From: Lingula anatina
Taxonomy: Eukaryota > Animalia > Brachiopoda
Direction of reading: 5' to 3'
NCBI GenBank assembly: GCA_051362555.1
Contig: CM120642.1
Coordinates: forward strand, 434,001-498,000
Length of the DNA stretch: 64,000 bases
Shown: positions 35,601 to 46,653 of the stretch, one piece after another
Layout: each line of letters starts with the position of its first letter
Position numbering within the stretch: position 1 is the stretch's first letter
Program-made: the position numbers and the translations under genes
Notes under the pieces: generated by a model
The model's input: the letters and a program-made list of their open reading frames with translations, nothing else
Databases searched by the model: none
Told to the model about the DNA's origin: nothing

Positions 35601-38600
35601 GAATCCTAAGCAAGTCATGCCAGAACTTTATTTCGTTTTAAATTTTCAAAATCACAACTTGCTATGCACCTCAATCTTGAACTGGCCAAAATAGATTATA
35701 TTCTTATTTTACTCTGGGAAATGACATAAACTAACATGAATCAAGGTATTACGTAAGTGAAGTGCTTACATTTGTGAAAATAAACTAGCAATGCATTGGC
35801 CTGCAGCCATGTTGTAGGTTCCCATTTCTATCTGTGTAACTGACACAGACTGCAGTTACAATCCATATAGATCTATGTATGGCCTCAAGGACTACATGGT
35901 ACTGTAGTCATTCATAAAATGTTTTCCACACACGGATATTTTTTACCTCTGAGATCGCTAGCACACACACAAACACACATAATGCATAATTCTATTTACA
36001 AACTAATATGCCACAAGTTGTAAACAGGCCTACATATATGGTACTTTAAAATTTTCAACAGAGCCAAATCTACTCTATTCCTAATCTGAGTCATCATTGT
36101 TCTCAAAGAAATATGAAGACACATTTTAACCTTGTGGAAGGAAGAATGACCCCACAGCACTTAACTTCTTAAAAGTGAAGGGAGGATATTATATGGAATA
36201 AACATCTTCAAAAAAGGAAACCACATATTTCAATATTTCCCAGTACTTCCTGATGTTGTACAGTCACCTTAGGGTCACCCAGAGGTCACTCAGAGGTCAC
36301 CCTGAGGTCACTCGTTCACACCATGTCCACTCACCTTGTGCTGACTTCCTGTGGTCTCCCGCGAGACTGGTCACTTCCCCGTTCGCCTCCCCGCTCGCCT
36401 CCTCGGTCACTCCGGTCTGCCTGGTCCACAGACGCATACTAGAAACAGCAAGGTTTTATATGTAATAAACAATCTTATGATCAACCTAATCAAGCTGTTA
36501 CTGCAGGAGCTCAAACTAGAACCATTGGCCTTTTTTTCTGAATATGAATTTTGAATATGAAATAATATAAAACAGTATCTGCTCCAAAACTTGGCAATTT
36601 GTTTTCACTGCAACACAAGCGTGTACAAACAACTTACTTTAAAACAAAAACTATGAGTCACTACCAGGTAACGCTCTATAACTCTTAAATCTTACAATGC
36701 CCCATTTCAGGACAAAATATGTCCCAAGTCTAAACTGAGAAAAACCTGCTGTATATCTAAATATCATTGCAACATGCTCTATGCAGTATATCTACAAGCT
36801 TATTTCAACATGTTTCATCTTCTGACATAATTGCCACCTCTTTTTTGCTAACTTATTATTATATCTTAAATGTTTAGAATTTTTCACAATAAGATTTTAA
36901 AAGACTGAATATTTTTCACTAAGAAAGACACACTAGAAATTAGCAATATTCTAAAAGCAAAAGCAACACACTGAACATAAACATCATTAGAAGTCTCAAC
37001 TAATAATATATCTCTATTCTAAAGCATTCTAATAGAAGTAGAAATAAACAAAAGAACACAAAATATTAGATATAACACATCAATAATATAAATATACATA
37101 TAAACAAACAAACAAACACAGAGATACAAGTTCTTAAGCAGTAGCATCTATCCACTAACAAACCAATTAAATAATTAATGACTGAATGTAAGGACCATTT
37201 AGACCCCATATAAAAAACAACACGCCAAATACCCGTCTGAACTTGTGTTCAGAGAACTCAAAATAAAACAAGATTGGTTTCAAGTAAAGTTTCAGAGTCA
37301 CCATAATAAAGATGTAAAAGTTGGATCACATGTGATTAGAAGAAAATTCACTCTGAGAAAACATGTAAAAGAAATATAAACAGAGAATAAAAATCATGTC
37401 AGGAATATTTTAACACAGAGTTACAGGTTTAAATGTTTTTCAATATTAAAATGCTTCATTTTTTAAAGGGAATTAGGTATTTTACTCTATACCACAAATA
37501 CTGTCTAGCCTACAGGGTGCATCCTCTTATTCAAACAATGGTTACTTTGTAAGTAATTCAATTACAACATTTTGGTTACATGAAGGTTACAGTTCTTATT
37601 ATCTTATTATTTGGTTACACTTGAAAACATTACTTATAAAATGGTCAATTTCTGAGGTAAAATTTCCACCCACCCATAAAAAAAAATTTCAGTCCTTACA
37701 ACTAGGTATATTCCCAAATATGTCAACATTAATATATGTAATATAAACATTCTGTTAGTGGATAAATGAGTAAAAACTTAAAAACCTGTCTCCTGAATCT
37801 CGGCCTGGTCACCTGTGGCATGAGAGGCGCCATACGAGGCGGGTACTTCTCCTCTGGTCCTGGCAAAGATAACGACCCCGGTCTCTCTCCACTCCTAGAA
37901 CTTCTGTCATGGCTGGAGGCTGTGGATGAAGATGTTGAACGTCTGCTTCCCCGTTCATCGCCACGCTCTGCTGAATCTTGTCGCCGGTACTGCTGTTGTT
38001 GTGTTGCTGATGATGTCGATGATGGTGATAACATATCAGGACGCATTTGCTGCTGTTGCATGTCACGTTCATATCTATACTGACGAGGATCTTCACCGCT
38101 CCGCGTACGTCTCTGACTGGAAGGTCGTTCTTGTGGTCGCTGCTGACCAGGGCTTTCCCTTGGCACTGGCATGGACTTGCTCAGAGGGTCGTACTCACTA
38201 TGTTCCCGGCGTTTTCCAGGAGATGGTGTCCTATCTTTCCAGCCAGGGGGCAGGGTTCCATACCTGTCCCTGATAAAATTCAAGGGGTTTTCCTCAGACA
38301 TGCTACTGCTGCCACTGGAAATGTCCATGCGTTTACCAGTCTTCATTTCATAGAAGTTCAGCAGTGCCTGTTGGACCTGTACCTTCTGGTCGGGATCAGA
38401 CATACGCACCCGGTTTGGATCTTGTTGTCCACCGATGTAAACTGAACCAGACATGGGGCGACGTTTTGGATTTGTAGGCCGCCTCAAACTGTCACTTCCT
38501 TCAGAATATCGTTTTTCACGGCTAGATTTCTCCTCTGCTATGTCCATGTATCTCTGTTTTCTAGAAACATCATATCTGTCAGACTCTCGTCGCTTTATCT

Positions 38601-41600
38601 TACTTCCTTCACGTGGGCTTTCCTTTGTCGGGTCTGACCCTCGTGATACTCTCATTGGTTCCCTATTGGGATCCGAATTCTGCCTCTCTCGTTCTGAATC
38701 TGTACTTTTCTGAGAATCAACACTCCCTCCCTTTTCACGCTCCTTGATTGGCCTGATTTGTTCTGAAGTGGTACGTTTTAATCTGTACCTCTCATGAGGC
38801 ACTTTGCTCAAGTCTTTAGCCATTCTATCCAAATGGTTCTTCCAATGATCACGATCAAATTCCTCAGACCCGCGACTCTCGTTGACTTCAGCAATCTGTC
38901 CCAGTGGTTTGGGCTCGTACTGGCTAGGATATGACTGCTGCGGAGAGGGCAGTGGAGCTGGTCCTGGCTGCAGAGAGGAGGCGGAATGTGAGCGGCCATG
39001 ACTGACAGGGAATGTTGCATTGAGGTGTGTATCCTGGGGGTCTGTCCTGTGAGGATGCTGCATGCTCTTGGAGTGGCTGTGGTGATGATGGTGAGCAGGT
39101 CGAGACTGTGCATGTCTTTCTGGTTGCTGGCCCTGGTAGACATTTTCGTAGGCATGTCTGCCATGATCCTGATCATAATAACCAGCTTGATATGGCCGTC
39201 TGCGTCTATCCTGCTCTGGTGGAATATCTCTTTGCGGGTGAACATTGACACCTCGCTCCCTATATTGAGAAGAATCTCCCTTTTGATTAGATCTGGATGA
39301 CTCTTCTGGCAATGTACTCAATTGTTTAGGTTCACCATGTGACCTTCTTTCACCATGTGACCTAGAGTCTCCATATGACTTTCGATCACTGTGTGATCTG
39401 CTTTCTCCATGAGACCTACTATCGCCATGTGACCTAGCATCACCATGTGACCTCTGGTCACCTTGAGAAGACCTCCGTTGTTGTTCTGATACTGGCCTAC
39501 TATCAGGGTTATTTTCATAACTGTCTTCATAAATGCCATAAGCTTTCATGACTGAAGTCTTACGTGTTGGACTCACAGGACTGTCTCTTTCTTTGTCTCT
39601 AGGGGTCTCTCCTAGAGAGTGTCTCCCCCTATTGTAATTATTTTCTGAGTCATGTGACCTATGCATATGATATGAAGGAGACTCTAAGTGTTGCTGTTGT
39701 TGCTGGGATTGAGGATAATTTTGATTTTTTGAGAGCTGTTGCAATGACTGGTTGAGATTGTTGTGTTCTTGTTCCTGCTTCAACTTTTCCTGCTTCATTC
39801 TCAAACGTTCTTCCCGCTTTTTACGTTTTGGCGCAACTGGAGTAGTTTCCATATCAGAATTATTTGTGTTTTGCTGTGTGTGCTGTTGTGTTGGGGTGTC
39901 TGACACCTCTTTGGCATTGTCTTCCTTATAATTATTTTCAGATTCCTTCATATCAACATTCTGCCAGTTATCAAACTGGTTTTCATTTCCTTGCACATTG
40001 GGTTCATCTTGTAATTTTTGCTTCTGAACTTGTGAAGCTGTAACATCAGCAGGTGGCTGTTGAAAATATTTTAATGTATCTTGCTGCTGTTCCTCTAATA
40101 ATTTCTCCTGCTCTTGTTGTTTGATTTCTTCTTCTTGCTGCTGCTCTTGCTCCTGTTGCAGCTGGTCATACTGCTGTTGTTCTTTTATCTGTTGTTTGTA
40201 CATTTCTGCTGACAGCTTTCTCAGCATAGGCGCTGTACTGTCACTGTATGAATGGTAAGGAATGACTTGAGTCTCATTATCATTATCAGAGGATTTTGGC
40301 TCATCAGCCTCTACTTTACTATTCACAAGCGTGGAATCAGAATTCACCTGATCTTCCTCTTGTGATGGTATATGGTCATCATGTTTGTCTTCATAGTGAT
40401 CCTCATCTGCGATATCTGTCATACTTTTAGCCAACCTACTAGCTCCATCATCAGATTTATATCCACTCGACACATCAGATAGTTTATGATTTTCCGCATG
40501 TTGCATCCATGCCTGAATTCTCCTGTATGGTTCATTTTCATGATAAATCGCCCCGTGTCCTGAGGTTCCTGCAGGAGCAGTTGTATGTGTGGATGTGGTT
40601 GCCTGGGTAGTTTTCAGGGTGGGAGACTCAGGGTCCACCTGAGTCCCACTGCTACTCATCACAGGTTGAGCATGGTAGACTCCAGTGAAATCTGTGTCCA
40701 CTTGAACCTCTGCATGTTTCTTAATACTGGACTCACTTTTACTTGAGCTCATTTTATTGTTAACGCTGGGTGCGTGAGGTTGTTGGAGCTGCCTCTCTGT
40801 GACAGGTGTGTCAAGGTCGTCTGTTTGTGTACTGGTGTTGTAGTAAGGTTTGTTACGCACAATGTACGTATAGCTGTCACTTTCATTAAGAGGGGAATTC
40901 ACCTGCTGTGACCTCTGTGACCCTATAGTAGAAGTGGATGCAGATTTGACCACAGTGCGCCTTGCCTCCATACTGCCACTACCTCGACTGCCACCTTTCT
41001 GACCTTCAAACCGCGCAACAAGATCTGAAAAACTTTTCCTTTCCTCTTGAGGCTCTGTCTGAGTTTCGCCATTCTGTTTAACAATGACATCTCGCTGTGA
41101 AGATGGGGCTGAATAATCATCCTCATCCTCATACCCTCTTCCCATCCTACCACCAGGGTATGTGGATGATGACTGATACTCAGAGTAATCAGTTTGGATT
41201 TCCATACTGTTGCTGGATTTAGAATCCATGGGGAATGTGCTGTTCAGCTTCCTGTCTTCTTCCACAGTATGAACCTTGGCCACTGTTGCACGATGAACAT
41301 TCCCTGCCCTCATTTCCAGCTCCTGGGGACTCTTTACAACATCTTCGTATCCTCTATCATGTGACAATCTATTACTGACATCACTGAAGGCAGGATTCAG
41401 TGTGGAATCATATGACCTTGACAAGACACCCCGCGACCTTTTGGAAAAGTCGTTATTATTTGTGGTTCCTGTCTGCTCAGACCAAGCGTTATTTGTTCTG
41501 GGGGCACTGACATAGCCAGGAGATTCAGGGGGTTTCCCTTCCACTGGAGAACTCACACTGGGAGCAGTCCACTGCTGTAGACTGCTGTCCATGTTGTGAC

Positions 41601-44600
41601 TTGCTTTGAAATATTTCAGACTGGAGGCATCCCTCACAGGAGGCATGGGAGGGGATTGTTGCTGAGACGATGAGTCTACAAGGTCTTCCTCTCTTGGAGG
41701 TGGAGGAATCTCTGGCGGTTGTTCTTGTGGCTCTGGATGGCGACTATGATCAACATCAATGTGATATTCAGTTCTGTAGAAATTTTCATAATCGTTGTTT
41801 GATCTTCGATAGTTTGGTCCCCTTGTGCATTGGATGGAATGTGAAATCTGCCGAGGCGGGCTATCCTGGAACCCTCCATACTGTGGCGATGCCTCAAAAG
41901 GCCTTGTATCCCATGATCCCACACTGCTTTCCCATGGTCCCTGTTGCTGTTGCTTCGTAGGCAAAAATTTATATCCAGATCGCGTATTCAGAGCATTATA
42001 CATTGAAAGCCTACTACGATCTGCTTCTTCTTTATCCAGATTTGGCGTGGAGTAGGCCGTGTGCATTGTCCGTGTTGGCATACCACCATAGGAGCGTCTG
42101 TTGGTCCCCTTCATGACGTCAGAGTCTTTATTTGTAAAATTTGCACTTGATTGAGCTTCCTCAGGATAGTCACTCAGATTATAGGCACTATGATAAGTGT
42201 TCAGTGTTTTGCTATTATTGCTTTTGTTCACATTATTATTGCTCGGTGTATTTTCAGCCTCAGCCGCACTCTCTTTTAGTTCTGCTAGCGTTCGTGTGGG
42301 CGAGGTGAATGGACTGTCATGTGCAGTGCCTTGTGTGCGTGCAGTGGGACTGCTGAGTTCGTTGAAAGAACTGTCGTCAAGTGGTGAAAGTGTGAGTTTG
42401 GCAGTGTCACCATCGCCCCCTACTGGATGCCATGAACGAGGTCGCACCCTGGATCTTGAACTGAAATGAAAAGAGAGGATAATCTGATAAAATTATCAAA
42501 CATTTGGGATAGTTCTAAAACAATAAACCCCTGCTCACTTTGCCGCATAAAAACTGCATCATGGAGACTAACATGTGGACCTTACTGAAAACTTATGCTA
42601 TTTTGCTGTTCTTTAGAAAAGAGGGATATTCTTTCAAACAAACCTATCTGTCTCTCTTCTATTTCCAATATCTGCCAGCAATTCTCTCAGACTTTAAAGG
42701 GTTACCATAACAATCAGTATCAGCAAAGACTTCATCAGGCTCAGAGTCCCATGACAACAGCTGAGAACAACTCCCATTATGGCATCAAACAAATATCCAA
42801 CTACACCTCAATCTGTGTGCTGATTTGTAGCACTAGTTGCCATGCAGCCCTGCACTAAGACAGACACCATAGTGCTCTGAACTCTGAGTAGTACCTGCAG
42901 ACACTCTGAAGTAATAAGCCTGTGCATAATTCATGTGGCTAATTTCTTCTTCAGTAAGAAAAGGTAAGAAAAATCCAATGCAAATTCATACAGAGAAAGT
43001 CACATTTCTTGCATTTATTGCATCATAAAATACTACTCAGTCTATAAATCTATGTTTGTTCAGGAACAGTAAAGAAATTACCTTTATGTATCTACAGCCT
43101 CAAACATTTTTTGAGCTGTCTTATACTTACACTGATAGACAGTTACAGCCTATACTGTATAAAGAAACAAGACTTGTATGCTTTCAGGCTACAGCACAGT
43201 AACAAGTCTAGCAAGCAGACTCATGTTAACTACATTTTCTGAGGCTATTTGTTGTAGTTGGCTATTTAGAGTAAGAAATGTGCCTCAGTTAGCATTTACC
43301 ATATCAATTTAACATCTCTTTTGGCAATTAATTTGTAATTAAAAGTGACAGCATGAAAGGTCATGAGAAATGCAGGTAAAAAAATCAAGTAAAAAATGCA
43401 AATGAACCCATTTAAACATTCCAGCTTTCTGGATCAGATTAGTAACTTTAAATTCCTTAAGCCCCAGAAATATTTCAATTTTAACCCACCACTTTAAATT
43501 CACATTTGCTTAAATCCTACATAGAAACCTTTATCAATACTTCCCACTGAAGAAAAAATATAAAGAAGACAAACAAGCATAAAAATGCTCTTACTGCTAA
43601 AGTCAACAAAGTTTTAGCCACCTCGGAATAATACCTTTATTCACTGAGTCTTAATAGTTAACAGTGCACCTACACAAGTTTGCATATTTTGAGTGTGAGT
43701 CACTCTGTAGATTACGATTTAAATCAAGTCACATTAACTTCCTCATGCGGGGCCACTGAACATAAAAAGAGCACTCAATAAAACTGGCCAGCCAAGGTGT
43801 ATCTTTTAAATGCAGACAGTTTACATCTTTGTGTTTACTTTGCAAGAGCTTTATTATATTCAAATCTGCACCGGTTAACTTTTTGTCTTATTTAAATAAT
43901 GAGAACCACACCTGCCATAATATTCTCTGTACACGGCATATGTACAAAGCTGATATATGCACAGCACCGTGGTGTATTTGTATATTCTCCACTGATATTT
44001 TTTCTGACCCTTAAAACAGTAAGAAATTCTTCGATGAGATTTATATACCAATACTTGGGTTCTAAATTGTACACAAAAAGAATTTTATTTCAAATACTTG
44101 AACTCATACCTAGTGCTTCGGCTCCCTACGGTAAACTAGACAGACATGACACCTACACGATGACATTGCTGGTTTTCTACATATACATCTAAGTGTACAC
44201 ATCTAATGCAACATCTAACTAATCCTACCTTCAACAGGTATAGTATTTGTTTTTAACTTTCATCAACCTATCCTTTCCAGTATGTTTTTTAAACTAAGTC
44301 CTCCACCGTAATCACTGCCTGCATTATACTCTACACAGACACGATGCTCAGTTCTCTGACATAATAAAACTGTTTTTGTATCTTTGTACTATACTCACTG
44401 TTAAATTACTTCCACCACAAGTAGATAAGAAAAAGCTGCAGCCCATTCAACCCAGCCCCCAAACCACCAACAAGAATGCATGAACTCTAGTAAATTACTC
44501 ACCTACCAAATGATAATACATTTACCTCACAAATAGTAACTTTATTAGTCATAAAAACAATGAACTCCCCCCCCCTCTCTCTCTCTCTTGATGTGATCCT

Positions 44601-46653
44601 TTCTTACCTGATCTACCTTTCTGCCAAGCTCTGCAGACTACACTGCCAGCTGTTTGTACAGAGTGAATCACTCTCTTTACCACAGTCTTGTGGTGGTGAA
44701 CTTTTCCCTTCTACAAACATGGTAGCAAACACCCAGACAAGAACATCCAGAGACCCTCCACATTCTGGTGAGAGATGAAAAGCACGGTTAATTTGAGACA
44801 CAAATTCACCTGTGCGTAACCAGTGATCAGACTAAACAACCAATGACTGGCGCTCAGCAAGTCTATCGCCACTGAGACTGTCCTAAATGAACTGTCTATA
44901 AACCCAGCTCACCATGACACAACATGAGAACTGACTTACTTCCAATCTTGTAGCTGCATCACGGAGAAGCAAACATATTCACCTGCTAACGGACATACCT
45001 AAACTTGCGAGACACATTAGAAAATGATCTCGCCAGACAAAAACACACATAAAACAGCTCAGGGATTTTGAGACTATATACATTTTGTTATAAACATCGG
45101 AATGTAATGGCTTTCAAAACCTGTTCTATTTGCCATGCAAGGCCCATTCTGTCTGCTCACCTGACTTTGACAAGACATGGAGGAATGCAAGAACAGTTGT
45201 AACATACAGGAGACGCAGCTTTCTGTCCCAGCTTTCTCTACTGACTACAGCAGAAATGACCAACTATGATGCCCTGTATGATAGCTTTTATAATCAAGGA
45301 CATATCTAAGTAAGGCGTGGCTACTTAATTTGTATTTAATGAGCTTAATAACATAATTGGAGTGTGAGTGTGTTTGTGTGCTAGGAAAAGTGCCTGACTG
45401 AGTGTGTGTATATTGACATGTGAGCACTGATATCTTGTTTGTTCAATGTAAGTAACTTTCATGTTTTCCCAAGTATCACACGACTGAACTCAACCTGAGA
45501 TGTTCTAGATGACAACAGTTCACTATCTCAGAGTTTTAACATTTCTACAGGTGGGTATACAGGGGGGGAGGCTATTTTCTTAACTGAACAAGTTATATAT
45601 TTCAGTCTCACAAGCTTAAAAGAGAATCATTTTTCAGAAAACTCTTAATTTGTTTCAACAATAAATAAGATCAAATTTCAAAGTTCCAACCTGTAAGTTA
45701 ATAATATAATTTTCAAAAAATATTTTACCAACAAGAACCGCTGTGCACCCCATTTCAATTTGTGCACAGAAACTTAAATTTTTTAAGCATGTTTTTCCAA
45801 CAAAACAGGTTCTTATTTTAAATTTCTAATCTTTAGTTAATTAAAATTTCAAAAATAATTTACTATTTCATCAACAATAAGGCATACCTTATCACTTCTT
45901 ATCTGTAAGGATATTAAAAAACAAAACTACTTGAACCAGCCTATTTTACAGTCACCAATCTGATATCTCTGATCCAGAGTTACCTTACATTTTGGACAAA
46001 CCTAGTGGAACTAAATGGCATAAACAATATCTGGAACTGTACAGCACAAAAAAGCAGAAATCTATTTTCTTTTGATCTACCTGTAAAATATGCAACTTCT
46101 AAGTGCCCTTACTGGTCTCTGCTCACCAGGGGGCCTTAGACTTCAAGAAAAGACACACCCCATGTGCACTGAACTTACTGTGAGATGGTCAACACCAAGA
46201 ATGTGCTGGAAAGGAATTCCCTATTTGATGTTGTGCTGAGGTTAACAGGCGGGAAATATTATACTTCACCATTATAATAATGTTCATGTCGCAAGGGGGC
46301 AATGAGTACATTCAAAATATATCTCACAAAAAAATTTAACTTTCATTAATAGCTGTTTTGTCTTCATGAATCTTTTAAACTAAATTAATGAAAATAAATT
46401 ATATTGCTTGTTAATTTAACCATCTTTTATATTATTCATTAAAATAGAAAATAACAAAAAGGGACAAAAAACAATATACCTTGGGGATCGCACTTGAACT
46501 TCAATAGAATTACGTTTTGTTGTTTCTTCTTCAATGGGTGCAGGTATATTTTCTTTACTGTCTTTTTCTTTGTTACGTTCCTTATCTTTAATTTCCTGGG
46601 CCTTCTTTAAAAATGAGGGACTTGGGCTACTGGCACTTGACTCAACGCTACCC
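16834..46653 (-). CDS. Shroom: Shroom-family actomyosin scaffold (C-terminal ASD2 domain); 5' exons probably upstream of 46653 or outside the window
   Basis: Phase-consistent exons 46653-46480, 42460-37813 (or -37786), 36438-36335, 24622-23789, 20457-19312, 19065-18918, 18609-18508, 18186-18013 and 17097-16834 (about 2530 aa in window). The C-terminus EELIDRMQKKLDVL...NNDLG...DKYKSYIDELVKIMQLLFKLSGRLARAEN...QHEDAKMLKEGIDRR...DYQHFVDMKTKL...EEQLDALK is the ASD2 (ROCK-binding) domain. 'RPRSWH' and 'PPMPPVRD' resemble Shroom N-terminal motifs. Confidence 0.9.
18013..18186 (-). CDS. Shroom: Shroom ASD2 exon
   Basis: ctttag|GTC ACT GCT TTT...GAG AAG|gtacat; contains LSGRLARAEN. Confidence 0.92.
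18508..18609 (-). CDS. Shroom: Shroom ASD2 exon
   Basis: tttcag|GAG GAA CTT ATT...AAA CAT|gtaagc. Confidence 0.92.
18918..19065 (-). CDS. Shroom: Shroom exon (start of ASD2 region; missed by ORF track)
   Basis: ttctag|G ATG TCT TCC...SPYWSSPETAKLE...AAA AAG|gtatga. Confidence 0.85.
19312..20457 (-). CDS. Shroom: Shroom exon (disordered + SQEELECD coiled coil)
   Basis: ttttag|G TTC CCA GAG...GCA AA|gtaagt; matches ORF 19308-20438. Confidence 0.88.
23789..24622 (-). CDS. Shroom: Shroom exon (Pro-rich, PPLPPR)
   Basis: ttctag|T TCA AGC GGA...ATG AG|gtaagc; matches ORF 23785-24645. Confidence 0.87.
25022..25052. repeat. (GA)n microsatellite
   Basis: Direct reading. Confidence 0.9.
29622..29690. 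repeat. (TG)n microsatellite plus G-run
   Basis: Direct reading. Confidence 0.9.
33373..34960 (-). mobile_element. Non-autonomous Helentron/HINE-like element with internal 145-bp tandem repeat
   Basis: Minus strand: 5' hairpin agtaccaccagcgtgtacgctggcggtact, GC-rich 9-mer repeats, four about 145-bp units, (CAC)n on plus, 3' subterminal copy gctggtggtac, stem-loop gaggcg..cgcctc and terminal CTAG. Confidence 0.72.
36335..36438 (-). CDS. Shroom: Shroom 104-nt exon (missed by ORF track)
   Basis: ttctag|TAT GCG TCT GTG GAC...ACA AG|gtgagt (YASVDQADRSDRGGERGGERGSDQ...). GC-rich island in AT-rich intron; bridges phase 0 to phase 2 as required. Confidence 0.8.
37813..42460 (-). CDS. Shroom: Shroom giant (about 4.65 kb) low-complexity exon
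   Basis: tttcag|T TCA AGA TCC AGG GTG CGA CCT CGT TCA TGG CAT; 1572-aa ORF; phase-0 donors CAG|gtgacc (37813) or CAG|gttttt (37786). Confidence 0.88.
46480..46653 (-). CDS. Shroom: Shroom upstream exon (phase 2-2)
   Basis: ttccag|G GGT AGC GTT GAG...CCA AG|gtatat; K/E-rich open frame, phase matches acceptor at 42460. Confidence 0.72.

Noticed and set aside
37766-42469. Many overlapping or antisense ORFs within the giant Shroom exon (also 19172-20263 and 24222-24549)
   Set aside because: They are shadow frames of a low-complexity coding exon, with no recognisable motifs or splice support.
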